This document shows, in pieces, positions 48,401 through 55,546 of a DNA stretch of 55,546 nucleotides (position 1 is its first letter; every line of letters starts with the position of its first letter). The stretch covers positions 1-55,546 of the forward strand of contig JAUCBJ010001417.1 of assembly GCA_032718475.1 (NCBI GenBank), given 5' to 3'. Position numbers and translations under genes: made by a program. The stretch is from Nemertoderma westbladi (lineage: Eukaryota > Animalia > Xenacoelomorpha). Below the pieces are notes generated by a model. It saw nothing but the letters and a program-made list of their open reading frames with translations. It did not search any database and was not told where the DNA came from.

Positions 48401-50118
48401 GGCATGGAGATCATTGGAATTTAATATGTTGCGGTAGCCGTTTCCTGTCAGATGCAGAAACGCGCTATGCCACAATAGAACTGGAGTGCTGTGCGATACG
48501 ATATGCAATCCAGAAATGCCGCATATACTTATTGGGCCTTCCTTTATTCACAGTTGTGACAGATCACAGGCCTTTAGTCACACTATTTAATAACTACTCA
48601 GTTGATCAGGTCGAAAACACAAAAATTCAGCGGATCAAAAGTGATCTGCAATCCTGTTACCAATTCAAAGTCGAATGGCAAAAAGGAAAATCCCATAGAA
48701 TAGCCGACTGCCTTAGCCGTTCACCAGTTGACGACCCTTCCCCAGAGGAGGACGATTTCGATGGCTGTGACTTTAATATCGCTGCTGTGTGTGCTAAAAT
48801 CGAGGAAACAACACCCCGAATCAATGATCCCATCCTCGAGGAACTGCGTGTAGCAGCACAGGATGATTCGAACTACAAGAAACTCATCGAATTAATCCAA
48901 AATGATTTTAAGGATATCCGAGAGCTACCTCCATTTTTAAAAAAGTTTACATCGATTCGCGGTGAACTTTCATTAGCCGATGGACTAATCCTTTACCGGG
49001 ATAGGATTATTATCCCACAATCCCAACAGCCCGAAATATTACGTCGACTGCATACATCCCATCAGGGTATCACCCGTACCAAGCAGCGCGCCCGCCAGAC
49101 TGTATACTGGCCTGGAATATCACGTGATATTGAACTTATGATTAATAAATGCCTTGCTTGCCAGGAATTGCGACCCAGTCTCGCGAAAGAGACACTACAA
49201 TCTGATGAAATTCCAAACCATCCATTCCAATCTGTATCTACAGACCTTTTTGCAATTGGTAGTAAACACTACCTTGTTTACGTCGACCGACTTTCTGGCT
49301 ACCCAGATATTCATGAGTGGCGGTATGACCCAACTTCAAAGGAAGTTGCATATATTTTAAGACAGTGGTTTGTAGACCTAGGAGTCCCTGTTCTCTTGAG
49401 GTCAGATGGTGGACCTCAATTCAATGCAGCCTCATTCCGCGCATTCCTGAAGCGATGGGGAGTTGAATGGAGACCCAGCACCCCATACTTCCCGTCCAGT
49501 AATGGACATGCAGAAGCTGCAGTTAAATCCCTTAAACACCTTGCATCAAAGGTTCCCCGCCACGATACCAATTCTGAAGAGTTCCAGGATGGACTGCTGG
49601 AACTCCGCAATACCCCGAAAGCTGATGGACGATCACCTAACGAGATCGTTTTCGGTCGCCTATTACGATCTCGCATCCCGGCACACCACAACCGATACAA
49701 TCAATGTTGGCTGGATCAAGCTGATATTGCTGATAAACGTGCCGCTGATCTTCGTGACTACAATAAGGATATCTACAACCATTCTGCTCGCGATCTCCGA
49801 CCAATTAAAGTTGGTACTCGTGTATGGATTCAGGATCCACGGACCAGGCGCTGGTCCAATGTTGCAATAATTGTGGGCGTTGGTACTCGACGAGATTACC
49901 GGGTTAAACTGGCATCAGGTCGTGTATGGTGGCGCAACCGCCGTTTTCTCCGTCCTTACGTATCACCGGATGACACTGAAACTTCCAACCTTTCAAACGA
50001 TATCCCCAAACATTCACAAACTGAAACTATTTCTCCCGCAGCAGAATCTCTGCGACGAAGCCCTCGAACACGGACACCAGTTATTCGTTTCGGACATACA
50101 ACTACTATACCTATCTAA
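45454..50118 (+). CDS. Gag-Pol polyprotein of element B, 1554 aa, uninterrupted
   Basis: Kozak-like ACCATGG; CRNCNIKGHYASQC; protease IADTGA; RT LDARKGYWQV and VVDD; RNase H TDAS; integrase HTSHQG..CLAC, TDLF, SDGGPQF, NGHAE. Confidence 0.97.
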   Translation: MAAIEQTSWLELTPEDIDKLDRSSLITHCKYAEIQFDTRTATVTLRHRLLKLITGEGTGTTTPHPVPPAQFDIAQLIAQLRYEQRDAQREQREAQREVQREQREEERELRLLQLLQPRGADTTTTEQHPGRHNHGHNVSSSAKLIVQSPPNLDIDFNYQRFKRWEVQWRNYVRAVRLDEKPREEQISVFFSYCSPEFLNHIRYRLGISTETEKSASEVLEDIRVYLRAEQNVVVDRHKLVQLQQEQGQNFDDYYVRLCEMAEDAELESMTRDDWLNTLLIRGIRDDETREELFSKRPPMNRQETVDFCRSREIAIRDTQLLKQRRISGIQQPTGTTDNRQGRSKSKSRYKSGYKRSKEEIQTRSPSAARIRDAMAKAKAKGECIYCGGNFPHRGGDYCKAADKTCRNCNIKGHYASQCVAAKYKKRPQNTSVIRIADIHGYTAAHRKPLVPIDFYLEGEYVGNTTCIADTGAQVIAAGSDILYEWALPEGEGGKIVPPDCPLLNANGGTISCEGMIYMELSVGNETHGDWIYLCPDLFKDIYLSLPACKGLGIVHPEFPTPLHLVSGWRETSINVIPCNPSKSPNKIPNIISAVPIEYTVIPKPINNIPNLISAVPVVHNDTNVKNIKQELLVEFQDVFASGGPLRTMTGPPMEIELRDNAQPFCIHAARSIPFPYREKARLELIAMETQGIIERVGDRPTLWCHPIVVCPKPNSPGEIRMTLDLTKLNSQVHRTTHNSRTPYDVVSDRTPGAQIFTVLDARKGYWQVELAESSRDYTTFITPWGRFRYRRAPMGFISTGDSYNYRGDMALQGVPQVHKVVDDILIQDTNLTDHIQRVRTILQKCREAGITLHPSKWQFAQPCVKFAGFIVSGAGTEADPNKLKAIAGYPTPLNITDLRSFMGLVNQLGHFSSEISTYAAPLRDLLRTRNTFMWTPNHQDAFLKVKNALVQPPILAPFNLQAETKLETDASRLHGFGFDLLQRHGDHWNLICCGSRFLSDAETRYATIELECCAIRYAIQKCRIYLLGLPLFTVVTDHRPLVTLFNNYSVDQVENTKIQRIKSDLQSCYQFKVEWQKGKSHRIADCLSRSPVDDPSPEEDDFDGCDFNIAAVCAKIEETTPRINDPILEELRVAAQDDSNYKKLIELIQNDFKDIRELPPFLKKFTSIRGELSLADGLILYRDRIIIPQSQQPEILRRLHTSHQGITRTKQRARQTVYWPGISRDIELMINKCLACQELRPSLAKETLQSDEIPNHPFQSVSTDLFAIGSKHYLVYVDRLSGYPDIHEWRYDPTSKEVAYILRQWFVDLGVPVLLRSDGGPQFNAASFRAFLKRWGVEWRPSTPYFPSSNGHAEAAVKSLKHLASKVPRHDTNSEEFQDGLLELRNTPKADGRSPNEIVFGRLLRSRIPAHHNRYNQCWLDQADIADKRAADLRDYNKDIYNHSARDLRPIKVGTRVWIQDPRTRRWSNVAIIVGVGTRRDYRVKLASGRVWWRNRRFLRPYVSPDDTETSNLSNDIPKHSQTETISPAAESLRRSPRTRTPVIRFGHTTTIPI

Positions 50119-50168
50119 ACTCGATCTTAACATAGTCCAAACTCTTAAGATCGTGAAGGAAAGGGGGA

Positions 50169-50446
50169 TGTTATATCCCAATGTCATAACCCTAGAAACA
50201 CTAGAGCTATAACATGGCTCGCCCCATATATATATATATATATAGACCTATGCCTGGTGATGGAGTACCGTATTAATTAGGCCTATTAGCGCTATAGACA
50301 GCGCGGTGTCTGACATCATGATACTGTGATATACTGATATATTATTACGATACTAATAATACGGACATATTACATATTATTATGATATTATGTTTTATAT
50401 TATATCTGACCGCCTAGTTCATCTACCCGCGGTCCAAGACATAACA
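50169..50446 (+). repeat. 3' LTR of element B (278 bp)
   Basis: Preceded by the PPT, followed by TSD CCCAC. Confidence 0.97.
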
Positions 50447-53247
50447 CCCACTAGTTCCGTACTCCTCCCCACTAGTTCCGTACTCCTCCCCACTAGTTCC
50501 GTTCTCATCCCCACTAGTTCCGTACTCCTCCCCACTAGTTCCGTTCTCCTCCCCACTAGTTCCGTACACTCATCCCCACTAGTTGCGTACTCCTCACCAC
50601 TAGTTCCGTACTCCTCCCACTAGTCCCGTACTCGTCCCACTAGTTCCGTACTTTTCCCCACTAGTTCCGTACTCCTCCCCACTAGTTCCGTACTCCTCCC
50701 CAGTAGTTCCGTTCTCCTCCCCACTAGTTCCGTACACTCATCCCCACTAGTTGCGTACTCCTCACCACTAGTTCCGTACTCCTCCCACTAGTTCCGTACT
50801 CCTCCCCACTAGTTCCGTACTCCTCCCCACTAGTTCCGTTATCCTCCCCACTAGTTCCGTTCTCCTCCCCACTAGTTCCGTACACTCATCCCCACTAGTT
50901 GCGTACTCCTCACCACTAGTTCCGTACTCCTCCCCACTAGTTCCGTACTCCTCCCCACTAGTTCCGTTATCCTCCCCACTAGTTCCGTACTCCTCCCCAC
51001 TAGTTCCGTTATCCTCCCCACTAGTTCCGTACTCCTCCCCACTAGTTCCGTTCTCCTCCCCACTAGTTCCGTACACTCATCCCCACTAGTTGCGTACTCC
51101 TCACCACTAGTTCCGTACTCCTCCCACTAGTTCCGTACTCCTCCCAACTAGTTCCGTACTCTTCCCCACTAGTTCCGTACTCCTCCCCACTAGTTCCGTA
51201 CTCCTCCCCACTAGTTCCGTACTCCTCCCACTAGTCCCGTACTCGTCCCACTAGTTCCGTACTCTTCCCCACTAGTTCCGTACTCCTCCCCACTAGTTCC
51301 GTACTCCTCCCCACTAGTTCCGTACTCCTCACCACTAGTTCCGTACTCATCCCCACTAGTTCCGTACTCCTCCCCACTAGTTCCGTTCTCATCCCCACTA
51401 GTTCCGTACTCCTCCCCACTAGTTCCGTTCTCCTCCCCACTAGTTCCGTACACTCATCCCCACTAGTTGCGTACTCATCACCACTAGTTCCGTACTCCTC
51501 CCACTAGTCCCGTACTCGTCCCACTAGTTCCGTACTCTTCCCCACTAGTTCCGTACTCCTCCCCACTAGTTCCGTACTCCTCCCCACTAGTTCCGTTCTC
51601 CTCCCCACTAGTTCCGTACACTCATCCCCACTAGTTGCGTACTCCTCACCACTAGTTCCGTACTCCTCCCACTAGTTCCGTACTCCTCCCCACTAGTTCC
51701 GTACTCCTCCCCACTAGTTCCGTTATCCTCCCCACTAGTTCCGTTCTCCTCCCCACTAGTTCCGTACACTCATCCCCACTAGTTGCGTACTCCTCACCAC
51801 TAGTTCCGTACTCCTCCCACTAGTCCCGTACTCCTCCCCACTAGTTCCGTACTCCTCCCCACTAGTTCCGTTATCCTCCCCACTAGTTCCGTACTCCTCC
51901 CCACTAGTTCCGTTATCCTCCCCACTAGTTCCGTACTCCTCCCCACTAGTTCCGTTCTCCTCCCCACTAGTTCCGTACACTCATCCCCACTAGTTGCGTA
52001 CTCCTCACCACTAGTTCCGTACTCCTCCCACTAGTTCCGTACTCCTCCCAACTAGTTCCGTACTCTTCCCCACTAGTTCCGTACTCCTCCCCACTAGTTC
52101 CGTACTCCTCCCCACTAGTTCCGTACTCCTCCCACTAGTCCCGTACTCGTCCCACTAGTTCCGTACTCTTCCCCACTAGTTCCGTACTCCTCCCCACTAG
52201 TTCCGTACTCCTCCCCACTAGTTCCGTACTCCTCACCACTAGTTCCGTACTCCTCCCCACTAGTGCCGTACTCCTCCCCACTAGTTCCGTACTCCTCCCC
52301 ACTAGTTCCGTTCTCCTCCCAACTAGTTCCGTACTCTTCCCAAATAGTTCCGTACTCCTCCCCACTAGTTCCGTACTCCTCCCCACTAGTTCCGTTCTCC
52401 TCCCAACTAGTTCCGTACTCTTCCCAAATAGTTCCGTACTCCTCCCAACTAGTTCCGTACTCCTCCCAACTAGTTCCGTACTCCTCCCCACTAGTTCCGT
52501 ACTCCTCCCAACTAGTCCCGTACTCCTCCCCACTAGTTCCGTACTCCTCCCCACTAGTTCCGTTCTCCTCCCCACTAGTTCCGTACTCCTCCCCACTAGT
52601 TCCGTACTCATCCCCACTAGTTGCGTACTCCTCACCACTAGTTCCGTACTCCTCCCACTTGTTCCGTACTCTTCCCCACTAGTTCCGTACTCCTCCCCAC
52701 TAGTTCCGTTCTCCTCCCCACTAGTTCCGTACTCCTCCCCACTAGTTCCGTTCTCCTCCCCACTAGTTCCGTACACTCATCCCCACTAGTTGCGTACTCC
52801 TCACCACTAGTTCCGTACTCCTCCCACTAGTCCCGTACTCGTCCCCACTAGATCCGTACTCCTCCCCACTAGTTCCGTTCTCCTCCCCACTAGTTCCGTA
52901 CTCCTCCCCACTAGTTCCGTACTCCTCCCCACTAGTTCCGTACTCCTCCCCACTAGTTCCGTACTCCCCACTAGTTCCGTACTCTTCCCCACTAGTTCCG
53001 TACTCCTCCCCACTAGTTCCGTACTCCTCCCCACTAGTTCCGTACTCCTCCCCACTAGTTCCGTACTCCTCCCCACTAGTTCCGTACTCCCCACTAGTTC
53101 CGTACTCCTCTCCACTAGTTCCGTTCTCCTCCCAACTAGTTCCATGCTCCTCCCCTCTAGTTCCGTACTCCTCCCCACTAGCTCTGTTCTCCTCCCCACT
53201 AGTTCCGTTCTCCTCCCCACTAGTTCCGCATTTCACCCCACTAGTTC
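50447..53247. repeat. 21-bp satellite array, segment 3
   Basis: Continuous units, degenerating at ~53140-53250; 18-bp deletion variants near 52965 and 53090. Confidence 0.99.
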
Positions 53248-53383
53248 TTCCTCCCTACATTTTCTCTCCATGTCATTTCATAGGTTATTTGTATGTTTTA
53301 AAATTGATTATTGTTCTGAAACATTACAAGATATTAATTGTTAAGGTAACTAGTGATTTAAGTAGCTAGTATTTTTTTTGGTA

Positions 53384-53591
53384 ACAGTTCCGTACAGCAC
53401 TACATTTTTATAAAATAAATCATTGTTACCATTGCAACATTTTAGAGTTCTAGAACAAAATATAAATATATAATAAATAATAAATAGAAAATATAAATAA
53501 TAAAACTCTTCTACTAGAACCTATACAAAATAAAAAATATAATGTTCTGTAACATATAGCTAGTTATTTTTCAAATTTAAAATTGCTAGAT
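53384..53591 (+). repeat. AT-rich dispersed repeat copy 1, beginning with AGTTCCGTAC
   Basis: Homologous to 55319-55491 (CATTTTTATAA..TAAATCAT.GTTACCAT.GCAACATT.TAGA.TTCTAGAACAAAATATAA...TTTTCAAATTTAAA). Confidence 0.8.
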
Positions 53592-54386
53592 TTTAAAGGA
53601 AATTGTGCGAAATTCACAAAAGTCTAATTAAAGCTACTAAAAGACAAGGTACGGAGAAAAATAAGCAAAATATAGGACACCAGAGCTTTGTGTGGGGGAG
53701 GAGTGCATAAACTAAGAAGATAAATTATCCGAAAAACTTACAGAATACATGTGGATGCGACAGATAAGAAAAGGAAAATTCAACGATTCCATGAGATAAG
53801 GCCAACAAAAAGCCAATACCCAATGGGTAAATACTAATTAGTTACATCGGTATACAAAAACTCTATATAATCACTAATAATCTAAATGTATTCAGAAACC
53901 TATTTAAAAATAATTTTTTTTTAATTTACGAGCTATTTTAAAATTTAAATAAAACTAGCTATATGTTATATTGTTATGATATATTATATTATTAGGCTGT
54001 GTGTGTATACACCAGTGTTGACGTGCCACGGTTGACGGTTGACGGTTTACGAGTCACTGTTGACGAAATTTAGACCGTATACACCAGTGTTGTCGTGCCA
54101 CTTGTCACTGTTGACGGATTTTATTTTATATATTCGTGTTGTCCTAAGTTCTCAGTTCTAGAACAACTGTGATGTGGCGAAAATATCGCAATTGTATACT
54201 ATATAGAACACAAGTTTGGAATTTTGCCGGGCAGTCGGGGCACCACTGTTCCACATGTGGTACCAGTAATAGTAGTACAATTATTTAAACAATCAATTAT
54301 CTAAGTACCCGAACTAATGTAATAAATAGATAATATTTAATCCTTTAAAACGTGTATGTTTAATAATAGAAGAAGACGAGTTAGGA

Positions 54387-54540
54387 ATGGTATTTTTTGT
54401 TTTGGTTGGGAGAAAGAAACGCCGGAAACGGCCTAGGATATGGGTAAGAGATCTTTTCTTGCATAGAGAATATCTTGGGGAATTTGCCAGGACTTTTGCC
54501 CATTTAATGGATAATAAAGACGATGAGGTGTTCTCATCAA
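54387..54540 (+). pseudogene. Harbinger transposase N-terminal remnant
   Basis: RKKRRKRPRIWVRDLFLHREYLGEF...L...D...F, typical N-terminus of Harbinger-type transposases; no DDE core follows. Confidence 0.7.
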
Positions 54541-54586
54541 TTACGCTCAAAATTTTACCAAAACAAAGTTGTAATACCAAACTAAC

Positions 54587-54730
54587 CTTTTCTTGGGGGT
54601 TTAAATTTACTATCAACATAAATCCACACTTGCGCTCTTTGCTCCTTATGTTTATAATCGTTATGACAACATCCCACAACAATGGATTATTACGAACAAT
54701 TTCTATAAGTTCATGCTCGTAATCATCCAT
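54587..54730 (-). pseudogene. MADF/Myb-like DNA-binding protein remnant (Harbinger ORF2), frameshifted
   Basis: ELIEIVRNNPLLWDV then, in a shifted frame, HNDYKHKEQRAQVWIYVDSKF, followed by a GTTAGT donor-like site. Confidence 0.8.
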
Positions 54731-55318
54731 CTTACAGAAAGTAAAAAGTATCCAAGTAAAAAATTAATAAATCATAATTTTATTTATTTTATTTATTTCA
54801 TACAACTCCATCCTAGTATTGAAATAAACTCGCATTAACAGATTGCAAATTATAAATAAAATATAAAATTAATATTTAATTAATTAATCTATTAATTAAT
54901 TATTATTACAGTACTACACATTGGAGTATAGAATCCCTAAATATCTATCAAAATTCTCACGTTTTAATTAATTGTTTTCATTTTGAAGTGTTGCCGTATT
55001 AGAAATAATGAAGATGCTCATTCCTCAAATAAAAAAAACACATTACCCTCCAACGTGTGACTCGTAAACGTCAACACACCAACACAAAACCACCACCATT
55101 TAAAACGGTATATGCATATCCAATGTTATGTTAATAAGTGTTGGCGTTTTAGAATTAATGAGCACCATGAAAAAGTAACCCGTAAACCGCCAACCGTAAC
55201 AAGTGACACGTCAACACAGGTTTTCATTTCAAATTTCACGCGTAAACCGTCAACCATCAACCGTGACACGTGACACGCCAACACTGGTGTATACGCAGCC
55301 TTACAGTTCCAGTTCCAT

Positions 55319-55491
55319 ACAGTTCCGTACGTAGTCGCATTTTTATAACATAAATCATCGTTACCATGGCAACATTGTAGAATTCTAGAACAAAATATAA
55401 TTATTATACTCTATTCTAGAACATAAATAAAATAAAAAATATAATGTTCTAGAACATATAGCTAGACATTTTTCAAATTTAAATTGGCTAG
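55319..55491 (+). repeat. AT-rich dispersed repeat copy 2, beginning with AGTTCCGTAC
   Basis: Homologous to 53384-53591; preceded by partial motifs CAGTTCCAGTTCCATAC. Confidence 0.8.
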
Positions 55492-55546
55492 TAATAAAAA
55501 AAACTATATTTTTATAACATTAATTATTTTTTACATGGAAAAAAAA

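Larger units (their letters stand above)
45133..50446 (+). mobile_element. Full-length Ty3/Gypsy (Mag-like) LTR retrotransposon B, 5314 bp
   Basis: LTRs 45133-45412 and 50169-50446 (TGTTAT...ATAACA); 5-bp TSD CCCAC; PBS TGGCGCAGTG; PPT GAAGGAAAGGGGGA; intact single ORF. Confidence 0.98.
53995..55300. mobile_element. Internally deleted PIF/Harbinger DNA transposon
   Basis: TTA|GGCTG..GTATACACCAGTGTTG ... CAACACTGGTGTATACGCAGCC|TTA; 3-bp TTA TSD; subterminal GTTGACG/CGTCAAC repeats; two convergent gene remnants. Confidence 0.9.

Noticed and set aside
20145-53247. Dozens of ORFs encoding (GEEYGTS)n, (GRSTELV)n, (PYSSPLV)n or (LLPTSSV)n as a repetitive protein gene
   Set aside because: A 21-bp unit is open in four of six frames by construction. 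Frequent 20-, 22- and 23-bp variants shift frame, substitutions are not biased to synonymous sites, and there is no unique N- or C-terminal coding sequence
20145-53247. CRISPR array
   Set aside because: Head-to-tail repeats without unique spacers, no cas genes, eukaryotic context
20145-53247. Telomerase-made telomeric tract
   Set aside because: Flanked by complex sequence on both sides, and variants propagate in duplicated blocks, which indicates recombinational expansion; a telomeric ancestry cannot be excluded from this window
53640-53840. Possible exon or transposase remnant containing satellite-like GTGGGGGAGGAGTGC
   Set aside because: Stops in the candidate frames, and the match is too short to separate from chance

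Overview
AT-rich, transposon-dense eukaryotic (most likely invertebrate animal) genomic DNA; nothing here looks prokaryotic. 1-20 kb holds an intronless, frameshifted FBXO11-like F-box/beta-helix gene copy and a two-exon, membrane-anchored fibrinogen-related (FReP) gene. The FReP intron is almost entirely a terminal-inverted-repeat element with a second element nested inside it. The rest of this part is TE remnants (Academ-like transposase, Tc1/mariner-type MITEs, piggyBac-like end, Helentron-like repeats, an internally deleted BEL/Pao element, an RTE-type LINE 3' end) and small minisatellites. 20.1-53.2 kb is a strand-asymmetric 21-bp satellite (CTAGTTCCGTACTCCTCCCCA, about 22.6 kb of repeat) with nested higher-order duplications. 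It is interrupted by two young, full-length, related but distinct Ty3/Gypsy (Mag-like) LTR retrotransposons in opposite orientations, each with a 5-bp TSD. The two share an N-terminal SAP/HeH-like Gag module, Ser-tRNA-type PBSs and an identical 17-bp LTR motif. 53.3-55.5 kb holds an internally deleted PIF/Harbinger element between two copies of an AT-rich repeat that begins with the satellite core AGTTCCGTAC. The most promising leads are a possible satellite-associated Gypsy lineage, a TE-terminal origin of the satellite, and the TIR-bounded (introner-like) intron. All family assignments come from motif recognition by eye, not database searches.
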